DNA from: an uncultured bacterium
GTDB lineage: Bacteria > Patescibacteriota > Minisyncoccia > Phycocordibacterales > PALSA-1337
Direction of reading: 5' to 3'
Assembly (NCBI GenBank): GCA_903839725.1
Contig: CAIMDG010000001.1
Span: 3,558-67,557 of the forward strand
DNA: 64,000 bases
Both the position numbers and the translations under genes were made by a program. The notes under the pieces are model-generated. The model had not been told where the DNA came from. It saw nothing but the letters and a program-made list of their open reading frames with translations, and did not search any database. Each line of letters opens with the position of its first letter. The stretch's first letter is position 1. This document shows, piece after piece, positions 37,325-46,766 of this stretch.

Positions 37325-38185
37325 ATGAAAGAACGTATTTTCTCACAGGAAAGTGTCGAAAAGCCCCAGAAGGTGCTATTTGAAAGAGTGCCAGAAGTAG
37401 CGACTGCCTATATTAGTATTAACAACGGCGAAAAGAATATTGTATCACTTGAAGTTCTCGGTGAACTGGAGAGTTGTATCGATAGACTCAAAGAAGATGC
37501 TGAAATAAAATACGTTGTTTTTCATTCAGGGAGAATTGTCGGACAGGATTCAGAGGATGTACCTCCAAGAATTAGTTCGGAATATGCTGAGTGTTCTGGA
37601 TATTTTAGTACAGGTGCTCATGTCAGAGAGATGTCTGAATTATCAAAAGAAGAAGCGTTCGAATATTCGAAACTCGGCCAGCGTATTATGAAAAAGATTC
37701 AAGATTTACCACAGACTACTGTTGCAGTTATTCCGCAAGGATTTTGTGTGGGAGGTGGCTTGGAGCTATCTATGTCTTGTACGTATCGAATTGCTCATAA
37801 AGGAAGTGTATTCCAAATGCCAGAAAAGAAATTGAATATTATTCCTGGCTGGAGAGGTACTCAAACATTGCCGTATCATATAGGTGTACAAGAAGCCGAG
37901 GCGTGGATCAATAGTGGTGGTAAAAGTATGAAAGCTGAGAAAGCATATGAATTAGGTCTTATTGATTATCTATATGAAAATCCACTTGGAAATACAAATG
38001 CAATGATTCAGCATGGTATTGATTTTATTTCTAGGTCAAAACACGATCCAGCAAAAATAACTCTCAATGGTAAAAAAATTGAAAATGATGATGACGAAGC
38101 TACACTTTTTGCAGATAGTTGGAATAACGGAACTCCACAGGGAATGATTAGTTTCTTGGAGAAGCAGAAAAAGGCTACTAAATAG
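37325..38185 (+). CDS. Enoyl-CoA hydratase/isomerase (crotonase) superfamily protein
   Basis: VAVIPQGFCVGGGLELSMSCTYRIA and NIIPGWRGTQTLPYHIG form the crotonase oxyanion-hole pattern. Confidence 0.6.
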   Translation: MKERIFSQESVEKPQKVLFERVPEVATAYISINNGEKNIVSLEVLGELESCIDRLKEDAEIKYVVFHSGRIVGQDSEDVPPRISSEYAECSGYFSTGAHVREMSELSKEEAFEYSKLGQRIMKKIQDLPQTTVAVIPQGFCVGGGLELSMSCTYRIAHKGSVFQMPEKKLNIIPGWRGTQTLPYHIGVQEAEAWINSGGKSMKAEKAYELGLIDYLYENPLGNTNAMIQHGIDFISRSKHDPAKITLNGKKIENDDDEATLFADSWNNGTPQGMISFLEKQKKATK

Positions 38186-38474
38186 TATTTTTCTTTCCAC
38201 TTTTGAACCATGCATATGCAAATAGTGCGAGTCCGAGAATAAATGAACCGATTCCGTGTTTTACGTGAATAGTAGCTGAACCTTGGATAAATCCCGGAAT
38301 GATATGGGGAAGTGAACCTGCTGGAATGGTCCAGTATATGATGGCGAGAATGATGAAAAGAATGCCGAGAATAGTAGATATGATGCTGAGGCCTTTGGTG
38401 TTCATGGGAATGTTATTTACTTGTATGGATGTAGTATAGCATTGAGTAAAGTTAAACCCACTGACGCCTAACAT
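38178..38474 (-). CDS. Small hypothetical membrane protein
   Basis: Two hydrophobic helices. Start uncertain. Confidence 0.35.
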   Translation of the reverse strand: MLGVSGFNFTQCYTTSIQVNNIPMNTKGLSIISTILGILFIILAIIYWTIPAGSLPHIIPGFIQGSATIHVKHGIGSFILGLALFAYAWFKSGKKNTI

Positions 38475-38930
38475 CAGTGGGTGACTTGCGATTGATTAAC
38501 CTCCGAACAATGGCGTCCAATGAGTGCACGTTTCAAGGCGTGCGGTCGCCGCTTCAGATATAGAAGTTCCGACGAGGTCGAGCTGGTAAACGATCCACAA
38601 TCCCACCCGATACGAATTCGCGATGTATGTGGTACCAGAACTTTGCCGGGCTTCTTTGTTCGTATTCAGACATCCGACGTGTCTCACCGAAACCACCATC
38701 CCAGTCTGCGCTCGTCAAGGATAGAGGACATGCGTTACATGCACGGATGCACCAACACTTATCCACGGTGAAAGAGAATTGTGGGCAGATTGTTATCCAT
38801 TGTTTGCAACTCATATCGGCAATGGGTTCTGTTAATCCCGCAGGCTTTCTCTCTTATCAAGGCGAAACAACCACAAGCTGAAAATGATTCTCTGCTTTTG
38901 GATATCAAAAGTCAAGTAATTTTTTTAGTA

Positions 38931-39263
38931 TTACTTCTTATGTTTCTCCCCAAAGACTCTCAAATTTTCAATAATAGTATTTAATTCACGTCCTTTTTTA
39001 GTAAGTGAATATTCAACACGTGGTGGTACTTCTGAATATTGTGTTCGTTCAATAATGTTGTGTTCTTCGAGGAATTGAAGCTTCTTGGTGAGGGTACGTG
39101 AACTAACTCCTTCAAGTGATGAAGTGAGTTCACCAAATCTCTTGGTACCAGAACACAGATCACGAACGATCATGAGTGACCATGTATCACCGATAATATT
39201 TGCCGTTCGAGCAACAGGGCAGTCAGTACACATATTCTTGCGTTGTTTCTTGGTTCTGAACAT
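38931..39263 (-). CDS. HxlR-family winged-helix transcriptional regulator
   Basis: CPVARTANIIGDTWSLMIVRDL...RFGEL...VSSRTLTKKLQFLEEHNIIERT...PRVEYSLTKKG. Confidence 0.8.
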   Translation of the reverse strand: MFRTKKQRKNMCTDCPVARTANIIGDTWSLMIVRDLCSGTKRFGELTSSLEGVSSRTLTKKLQFLEEHNIIERTQYSEVPPRVEYSLTKKGRELNTIIENLRVFGEKHKK

Positions 39264-39374
39264 AGGTGCAGTTTCTCATAGGAATATAGAGCTGTCAATA
39301 CTTTACAAAGTAAAGTGAGGTATATATACTGTACTGACCTATTATAAATAATAATTCATTTCTACTATTTAGGA

Positions 39375-40025
39375 ATGACATATATACATATGAAAAATAC
39401 AACAGAAGCATTGATGTGGCGCTATGCCACAAAGAAGTTTGATCCTAGTAAGAAGTTGAGTACAGAACAGCTCGATACTATTCTTGAAGCGCTACGTTTG
39501 TCAGCGTCTTCATATGGTCTCCAGCCATGGAAGTTCATCGTTGTTACCAATCCTGAGATTCGTGCCAAGCTCCGCGCGGCTGCATGGAACCAAGCTCAGA
39601 TTACTGATGCATCACAACTTATTGTACTTGCAGTACAAAAGAATGTTGATGCTGCATACGTCGACCGATTTGTTGCAACAGTTGCAAAGGTCAAGAATGT
39701 ACCAGTCGACGCTCTCAAAGGATATGCAGATATGATGAAAGGCTCTGCCTCATCTCGTACTCCAGAAGGTGTCAAAGAATGGTCTTCACGCCAAGTGTAT
39801 ATTGCACTCGGTACAGCTCTTACAGCCGCTGCTGTTTCAGGCATTGATGCATGTCCTATGGAAGGATTTGATACCAAGCAATTCGATGACATTCTTGGTC
39901 TCGAAAAGTTAGGTCTCGAATCACGTGTCCTCTTGCCAGTCGGCTTCCGCGCTGCTGACGATGAGTCTGCCCAATCTCCTAAAGTACGTTTCAGTAAAGG
40001 AGAAGTAGTTATTGAAGTTAAATAG
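39375..40025 (+). CDS. NAD(P)H nitroreductase family protein
   Basis: RYATKKFDPSKKLS...LEALRLSASSYGLQPWKFIVV. Divergent from the HxlR regulator, a common pairing. Confidence 0.8.
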   Translation: MTYIHMKNTTEALMWRYATKKFDPSKKLSTEQLDTILEALRLSASSYGLQPWKFIVVTNPEIRAKLRAAAWNQAQITDASQLIVLAVQKNVDAAYVDRFVATVAKVKNVPVDALKGYADMMKGSASSRTPEGVKEWSSRQVYIALGTALTAAAVSGIDACPMEGFDTKQFDDILGLEKLGLESRVLLPVGFRAADDESAQSPKVRFSKGEVVIEVK

Positions 40026-40088
40026 TTATTTTCTCAAGATATCCACATGACGAATACATGCAGAACTACTCTGTAGTATAATGATCTT

Positions 40089-40283
40089 ATGGATATACAA
40101 TATAGTACAGATAATAGTTATCAGAGAACTCCCGTTAATAGTGAAGCACATAGTAAGTCAGCCCTTGTTAATTTCCTGATTAACAAACATGTTGCAAAGA
40201 CTGAGGGTCAGGCAAATACTATTTTGATCCTCTTCATTATTGTTGGTTTTGGTATAACTATTTACACTATTTTCAACCGATAA
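40089..40283 (+). CDS. Small hypothetical membrane-anchored protein (64 aa)
   Basis: C-terminal TM helix. Followed by a perfect hairpin terminator aaaactctag attttttc tagagtttt at ~40283-40311. Confidence 0.3.
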   Translation: MDIQYSTDNSYQRTPVNSEAHSKSALVNFLINKHVAKTEGQANTILILFIIVGFGITIYTIFNR

Positions 40284-40340
40284 AACTCTAGATTTTTTCT
40301 AGAGTTTTATTGTTATATGATGCCAGATATGGTATAGTTT

Positions 40341-42398
40341 TTGCTCATGCAGAAAAAACAACATACTAAGAAAAAGCCCCAGAAAGGCCAATCTCACAAG
40401 CCTTCTCCAGCAATCGTCATCACTGGTGTTGTATCAACAACACAGAAAGGTGCTGGATATATCGACAATGAAGATCCTAAAAAAGATTCTATTTACATAG
40501 AACAAGGAACACTCAATACCGCCTTGAATGGAGACACGGTAGAGGTTTCAGTTTCCAAGAAGGCAATTCGTGGAGTTGTACAAGACGTTGGTGTTGTCAC
40601 CAAGGTTATTTCCCGTGCCAAAGATACGTTCGTCGGTACTGTAGAAGAAGGAAAAGAATTCTATTCTATTGTTCCTGATGATAGAAAAATGTATGTAAGT
40701 ATTGTTATCCCTATTACAGAAACCAAACATCTCAAGAAAGATGAAAAGGTCTTGGTCAAATTACTTTCATGGACTGATGCAACAAAGAACCCTACAGGCA
40801 AAGTTATGCGTGTACTTGGAAAAAAGGGCGTGAATGATGTCGAAATGGAATCTATTGTTCTTGAAAAAGGATTTGAAGTAGGTTTTCCAAAAGCCGTTGA
40901 ACATGAAGCAGAGGCCATCGAAAAAAATAAGGAGATTTCAGCAGAAGAAATATCAAAGCGTCGTGATATGCGTACAACGCAGACATTCACTATTGATCCT
41001 TTTGATGCAAAAGATTTTGATGATGCGATTTCATTCAAGCCTCTTCCTGGAGGATTGTATGAAATAGGTGTTCACATTGCAGATGTGTCTCACTATGTTC
41101 GTGAAGGAACAGCGCTCGACGCAGAAGCAGTCAAACGTGGCTGTTCGGTATATCTCGTTGATCGTACGATCCCCATGCTTCCTGAAGTTCTCTCGAATGA
41201 TGTGTGTAGTTTGAACCCACATGAAGATAAGTTGAGTTTCTCATCTATTTTCACTATTGATACAAAGGGAAAAGTTCATTCACGTTGGTTTGGTCGCACA
41301 GTTATGAATTCGACACACCGTTTTACCTATGAGACAGCACAGGCTGTTATAGACGGTAATCCTCAAGCTATCACTGCGTATTCAAGTGATACTCAGACAG
41401 TTGCATCTGCCGAAGCGGGTATGCAGTATCGTGAACAGTTGGTGACCTTAAATGCTATTGCTAAACATCTTCAAAAGGAAAAATTCTCGAAAGGTGCTAT
41501 CGAATTTGAGCAAGAAGAAATCAAATTCCGTCTGGATGAAAAGGGTAGACCTATCGGCGTATACCGCAAGGAACGCTTGGATACACACAAGCTTGTTGAG
41601 GAATACATGTTGCTCGCCAATCGCGAAGTTGGTAAATATATTTATGATTCTATTCAGAAAAAGGGAAAGCGCGATACTGGTTCTATATATCGTATTCACG
41701 ATGTGCCTGATAAAGATAAGATTTTGAATTTGGCCACATTCGTCAAGGCACTTGGCTACAATCTGCAAAATAAAGATGGCGAGGTTACCGCTCATGCCTT
41801 GAACCATCTCCTCGAACAAATCGATGGTACACCACATGAATCATTGATTCGTACAGCGACGATTCGTTCTATGCAAAAAGCTATTTATTCAACCAAGAAT
41901 ATTGGTCACTTCGGCTTGGCATTTGAATTTTATACTCACTTCACTTCGCCGATTCGTCGTTATCCAGACTTGCTTGTGCATCGTGTATTGGCGAAGCATT
42001 TGAATAACGAACCATTCAAGGATACTGAAATTAACACACTCCAACATATCGCTGAAAGTTCAACTCGTCGCGAAATCAGTGCAACTGAAGCAGAGCGCGC
42101 ATCCAAGAAGTTGAAACAGGTTGAATATATGAGTTCTCGCGTGGGCCAGGTATTCAAGGGGACAATTTCAGGAGTAACTCAATATGGTATCTATGTCGAA
42201 GAAAATGAAACCAAATCTGAGGGTATGATCGCTATACGTAATATTGGTTCAGATTATTATGTCTTTGACCAAAAAACCTATTCTATTGTTGGTGAAAAAA
42301 CAGGGGAACGATTCACACTCGGTGATCAGATTACCTTCAAAGTTATGTCGGCCGATCTCGATAAAAAGATACTCGATTTCACTTTGGTAAGAGGATAA
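40341..42398 (+). CDS. rnr: Ribonuclease R (RNB family 3'-5' exoribonuclease)
   Basis: RNB motifs FTIDPFDAKDFDDAIS and HFGLAFEFYTHFTSPIRRYPDLLVHR. C-terminal S1 domain. Confidence 0.9.
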   Translation: MLMQKKQHTKKKPQKGQSHKPSPAIVITGVVSTTQKGAGYIDNEDPKKDSIYIEQGTLNTALNGDTVEVSVSKKAIRGVVQDVGVVTKVISRAKDTFVGTVEEGKEFYSIVPDDRKMYVSIVIPITETKHLKKDEKVLVKLLSWTDATKNPTGKVMRVLGKKGVNDVEMESIVLEKGFEVGFPKAVEHEAEAIEKNKEISAEEISKRRDMRTTQTFTIDPFDAKDFDDAISFKPLPGGLYEIGVHIADVSHYVREGTALDAEAVKRGCSVYLVDRTIPMLPEVLSNDVCSLNPHEDKLSFSSIFTIDTKGKVHSRWFGRTVMNSTHRFTYETAQAVIDGNPQAITAYSSDTQTVASAEAGMQYREQLVTLNAIAKHLQKEKFSKGAIEFEQEEIKFRLDEKGRPIGVYRKERLDTHKLVEEYMLLANREVGKYIYDSIQKKGKRDTGSIYRIHDVPDKDKILNLATFVKALGYNLQNKDGEVTAHALNHLLEQIDGTPHESLIRTATIRSMQKAIYSTKNIGHFGLAFEFYTHFTSPIRRYPDLLVHRVLAKHLNNEPFKDTEINTLQHIAESSTRREISATEAERASKKLKQVEYMSSRVGQVFKGTISGVTQYGIYVEENETKSEGMIAIRNIGSDYYVFDQKTYSIVGEKTGERFTLGDQITFKVMSADLDKKILDFTLVRG

Positions 42399-42583
42399 AA
42401 TCGCGCTATACTATAGTCATGCAATCAACCTTGCAAACAATCGTTATCATTATCATCATCGCTGGTATCGTCTACTTCAATTCTGGAGGCAAGAAAAAAG
42501 ACGACAAAAAAGATGGTAAGAAGGATGATAAGAAGAAATAACTTAGTAATTACTTTACGTAAATGTACTAAGCGCAGAGGTCT

Positions 42584-43097
42584 CTATTCCAAAATAGAAT
42601 ATTTTTTGTGTATGCTAATAGGAAGTCCTGATTTTCTGGCCTTATCAATTGTGTCCTGAGTTCCAACACTATTGTTAACTTGGAATGCATACACTTCATT
42701 AGAATTCTTTACTTCCTCAGTATCTCTCAGGAGGTATTCTTCTTGTGTGATGATTTGATAAGGCATTTCAATCAAGTGTTCAGACTTGAAAGCTTTGAAT
42801 TTTCTAGGAAATAAAGCCAGAATATCTATGTCTTGTGTCGTGATTGGTTTTTTGCACCAGTTTGTATGGTAGTCGGTTATATAATCTTCGAGGTATGCGG
42901 GAATAATTATTTTTAAGGTGTGAACCATCAGGTTTTAGTTTCATTGCTTCATCCATGGCAAAATAATCAACACCAGTAGCTCCTCCTGTGAGAACTCCTT
43001 CACCACGACCTATAACTTCTCTCACTGCTAATCGTACATCAGCTTCAACTTGTGGATTGGTGAGTCTCCATGTGCCTGTGAATAATATCCATTTCAT
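42584..43097 (-). pseudogene. SLOG/DUF2493-like (DprA-like Rossmann) gene split by a frameshift near an A5 run (~42925-42935)
   Basis: N-terminal frame WILFTGTWRL...VLTGGATGVDYFAMDEAM. C-terminal frame HTNWCKKPITTQDIDILALF...SVGTQDTIDKARKSGLPI. The two ORFs overlap by ~125 nt in different frames. Confidence 0.5.
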
Positions 43098-43112
43098 ATA
43101 TAATTTCTTTGA

Positions 43113-43757
43113 TTATTTCTTACCATCTATTTGCCATTGCTGTATTGCGGGAATAGGATCAACGAGCATAATAACATTCAAGGTAAGATTGTCACGTACG
43201 TAGTACGCACAACCAAGTTCCATGGTGATAATGAGTACAATACTGATCCATACCTTCGAGAATGAAGCGAACCAAAATCCGATAGCCATCCATACAATAT
43301 CTGAGACTGAATTGAGAATACTGTCTCCGATGTATCCAGTCGCAATTGTTGCGTCTCGATAGCGATTGATGATAAGAGGGGAATTCTCAAGAATTTCCCA
43401 ACCTGCTTCAATCAGTATTGCAATAACAAGGCGATATTTCTTGGGAAGCTTTTTTGCTACAAGACCAAGGAACCAGTAAAAAATAAGTCCATGAGCTATG
43501 TGCGAGAATGTATATGGATCTGCGATACGCTGTGAATTCTCATTGCTCCATATATCACCATCCCACCAACCAAAGTGTCCATCTGGCCCAAGTGGTGAGC
43601 GACCGAGAAGATATTCAATACAGGCAACGATGACGAGAATACCTATAAAGCTAAGGATTACGCCTTTATGTTCTCGGATGAATCGAGTTATTTTGTGTGT
43701 GTAGCTTTTCATACATTTTATTATAGCCCATGTCATGAATGATTGCAGGAATAACAA
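43113..43757 (-). CDS. Hypothetical polytopic membrane protein
   Basis: Intact 214-aa ORF. Several TM helices. Confidence 0.4.
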   Translation of the reverse strand: MLFLQSFMTWAIIKCMKSYTHKITRFIREHKGVILSFIGILVIVACIEYLLGRSPLGPDGHFGWWDGDIWSNENSQRIADPYTFSHIAHGLIFYWFLGLVAKKLPKKYRLVIAILIEAGWEILENSPLIINRYRDATIATGYIGDSILNSVSDIVWMAIGFWFASFSKVWISIVLIITMELGCAYYVRDNLTLNVIMLVDPIPAIQQWQIDGKK

Positions 43758-43795
43758 AACACCCCAATGCTTATGAGTATTGGGGTGTTTTGTTA

Positions 43796-44074
43796 TTACT
43801 CGAGTTTTTTGTCTATAAGTTCTTCTATTTCTTTTGCGTCAGCTTTGAGAACTTCTGTCGTTGCACCACCAGCTTTCATTTCAAGATATCTGCGTAATCT
43901 ACCCATAACTTCGCGACTGTCTTCTTGATCAGTTATTTTTTCCAAAACTTCGATAGGGGTATCTTGATTAAAAATACCTACTTCAAGAGTATTCTGATCG
44001 TCTGCGGATAACTTCTCAAAAAAAGTTTTTAATGAAAATGATTCCTGTTGATTTATTTTATCGATGTTAGACAT
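43796..44074 (-). CDS. Hypothetical acidic protein (92 aa)
   Basis: Intact ORF. No motif. Confidence 0.35.
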   Translation of the reverse strand: MSNIDKINQQESFSLKTFFEKLSADDQNTLEVGIFNQDTPIEVLEKITDQEDSREVMGRLRRYLEMKAGGATTEVLKADAKEIEELIDKKLE

Positions 44075-44261
44075 AATTGTATTGATTATTGTAAATAGAG
44101 TATAGCGCTTTTTATGAAATGCAGTAACTGTAGTATTATACTACTTTTGTATATATCTGTCAATTCATGTATATATGGCTTGAAATAGAGGTATTTTGAG
44201 ACAATGAGTGAATAATAAAAGCGCATTCTGAGAACAGAATGCGCTGGCGTGAAGTAGATCT

Positions 44262-45770
44262 TCACGAGCCCATCAGATACTGAAGGGCAGTGGCCGCTGA
44301 ATAGGTGTGATCTTCAACTTTCATCAAATGCTTGAGGAAAGAGAGGTCGTCACCCAAAGTAACGATTGCGGGTTCTCCCAAATCACCGAGGCTGAGTGGG
44401 TCAGCAATACCCGGTGCAACTATTGCAGCCGCTGCAATGAGTCCATTGCACAGACAGCGTGCATTCGCAGCATCTTCGAGTGTGCCATGTTTACGGAGAT
44501 AGTTGTCTATCGGTTCCGCGGGACAGCGATAGATGATTGAGTCATCTTCTTTCACGAAAAGTGTTCGGAGATAGCACTGGTTGCAGACTCTCTGACGATT
44601 GTTGAATACGGTTGTATCGTAGAGAGTTCCTGCTATCGGAGCTACTTTGAACGGGAATCCTGTAGGTGATGCTTGCGGATCCGTGCGGATTCGTAGCGCA
44701 TTGTTGAATCCTTGTTTGCGCGCTTCACGAGTGTATTGAGGAGCGAGTCCTGATTCTCGTGAAAGAGCAAACATGGTGCCGACTTGAATTCCCGCAAGAC
44801 CAATTGCACGAACTTTCTGCAATAATTCTGGTGATGCATACGAACCGCCGATCCATATAGGGATTCCAAGCGCTACCATCTTGTGAAGATCCACAACGTC
44901 GCGTTCTCCATAGACCGGTTCGCCGAGATCATTCAAAATGACTGGCTTGCCGCGTGGTGGAGCATTGTGTCCACCTGCAGTTGATGTTTCTGCAACCAAT
45001 CCTTGAATTTTTCCAGTGGCACGTCTGCCGAGAAATACCTCTCCAAGGCTGATTGAAGAGATGATCGGCAAGAATGCCGGCCGTTTGAGTCCGGGGAACG
45101 GTGTTCCGAAGAATTCATTCCAAGAGAACCGTATTGATTGCGGAGCGATTTTCTTTCCCTCAACATCTATAATGTATTCACCTACACCATGTTGTGAAAG
45201 TGAATCCAGAATACCAGGAACTTGCCGAGCTATTCCCGCACCCATAGTGAGGCAGTCTACTCCTGCCATCATGACGCCGACAAAGCTGGCGATATGTGGC
45301 ATCTGCATTTTTTCGAGGAAGTTCACGCTGATCAAGCCATTGTGTCGTATACCATTCTCGTCATGCAGGGCAAGCCATGCCATGGCGAAAGTTGATGCTA
45401 TTGTAAGGCTCGTGAGAAACCGTGATGGTTTGAGCGTGTAAGGAATAACCGTCTTGAAAGGTTTATCCATCGGTATACCACCCTCGACAAAATATTCATC
45501 GAGGATAGGTTGCACATGTTCCTGATAGGGGAACTGGGAGAGTGCCAAGCGATAATGTCCACCAGGATCTCCTCGTTGGAGTATCCGAGTGAGAATGACG
45601 GGAGCTGCGACACCAGAGAAGGTGCCGAGAGCACCACACATCGAGGTGAGGCGTGCGAGAAACGGCGTCGAGACATATGGTCCCATACCGCCTTGAATAA
45701 CTGAGGGTCGATTATCTGTAAACATATGTTTATTTGTCGACGTACGTTGAGACATATTTATTCCGGCCAC
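44262..45770 (-). CDS. Nitronate monooxygenase (NMO)/FabK-like FMN-dependent oxidoreductase family protein with a C-terminal Cys-rich extension
   Basis: VIQGGMGPYVSTPFLARLTSMCGALGTFSG is the NMO/2-nitropropane dioxygenase N-terminal signature. GC-rich. Confidence 0.65.
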   Translation of the reverse strand: MAGINMSQRTSTNKHMFTDNRPSVIQGGMGPYVSTPFLARLTSMCGALGTFSGVAAPVILTRILQRGDPGGHYRLALSQFPYQEHVQPILDEYFVEGGIPMDKPFKTVIPYTLKPSRFLTSLTIASTFAMAWLALHDENGIRHNGLISVNFLEKMQMPHIASFVGVMMAGVDCLTMGAGIARQVPGILDSLSQHGVGEYIIDVEGKKIAPQSIRFSWNEFFGTPFPGLKRPAFLPIISSISLGEVFLGRRATGKIQGLVAETSTAGGHNAPPRGKPVILNDLGEPVYGERDVVDLHKMVALGIPIWIGGSYASPELLQKVRAIGLAGIQVGTMFALSRESGLAPQYTREARKQGFNNALRIRTDPQASPTGFPFKVAPIAGTLYDTTVFNNRQRVCNQCYLRTLFVKEDDSIIYRCPAEPIDNYLRKHGTLEDAANARCLCNGLIAAAAIVAPGIADPLSLGDLGEPAIVTLGDDLSFLKHLMKVEDHTYSAATALQYLMGS

Positions 45771-45905
45771 GGAATAGAGGGATGTCGTAGTGATCTGTAT
45801 TCATCATAACAGAGTGGAGTGTATTTACACAGAATGATATAAAAAATAGCGCTACCGTGAGGCAGCGCTAGGAAGTGGGATACCACAATTTTGTTATTTC
45901 GACGG

Positions 45906-46142
45906 TCAGTTCTTTCTTGTTTTCGAGCGATGGAAGAACATTTCGAAGCCGACGACGGTGAGAAGTGAGATGAAACCTGCCCAATTGAGTAGTTTATCGA
46001 TATCACTTCCCGGACTTACACCTGGTGTAAGCTTGTAGCACAGGAAGAGCAGTGCAACGAAGCTCGGCAGCAGGATGAACAGACCAATCCGATTGATTAA
46101 TGTTGTTGGTTTCATATTAAATCCCATCAATACCTTCACCAA
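45906..46142 (-). CDS. Small hypothetical membrane protein (78 aa)
   Basis: Two TM helices. GC-rich operon context. Confidence 0.3.
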   Translation of the reverse strand: MVKVLMGFNMKPTTLINRIGLFILLPSFVALLFLCYKLTPGVSPGSDIDKLLNWAGFISLLTVVGFEMFFHRSKTRKN

Positions 46143-46629
46143 TCACTTCAAGTTGTTCCTTGAAGATTGCATAGAGAGACAATGGAGGTGTATCACTGGC
46201 TTGGTCGTCAAGACTTGTTTGTCTATGTTCGAGATACAGACTCCGTATCTTCCGTCGAGCTGCGTCGACGAGTTCGAAGTCTTCCAAGTAGTATTGCTCT
46301 CTGTGGAATTTGTTGGCCCATTTGGCATGCCACACTGACATCGGATCAGTGTCTATTTTTACCAATTCGACCCATCCACATTTGCATACCGTGAATGTAA
46401 GTTTGACTGGACGTCTGATGAACCAGCGCCATTTACCCGCAGGACTTCTATAGGAGATTGATTCGTCCTGCGGAAGAAGTATTTTGCAGACCCGTTTGAC
46501 GTCGATGCGGCCACAGGTTTTCTTGCGACACCGCCGAGCGACTTTCTTGTAAAAACGATGGATAGCCCAACAAACTACGAGGATAATGACAGCTATTACA
46601 CTGCCAATGATGGCAAAAAACGTATTCAT
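46117..46629 (-). CDS. Hypothetical membrane-anchored Cys-rich protein
   Basis: N-terminal TM followed by a Cys cluster CRKKTCGRIDVKRVCKIL. Confidence 0.35.
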   Translation of the reverse strand: MNTFFAIIGSVIAVIILVVCWAIHRFYKKVARRCRKKTCGRIDVKRVCKILLPQDESISYRSPAGKWRWFIRRPVKLTFTVCKCGWVELVKIDTDPMSVWHAKWANKFHREQYYLEDFELVDAARRKIRSLYLEHRQTSLDDQASDTPPLSLYAIFKEQLEVIGEGIDGI

Positions 46630-46766
46630 AATCTAACCGCAGTATATATCAAAGAGTCACGTAACGCACGTGCTGTAAACCCTCATGTAAAATGAGTAAT
46701 TGTGTAGTAAAAATGAATAAAAATCCCCGCCGGTAGCGTTGCTACAGGCGGGGGGCGATATTGCTT

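Noticed and set aside
38475-38930. Tested the GC-rich noncoding stretch as RNase P RNA, tmRNA or SRP RNA.
   Set aside because: None of the universally conserved sequence signatures of these RNAs were found on either strand. Left as an unexplained region rather than called.
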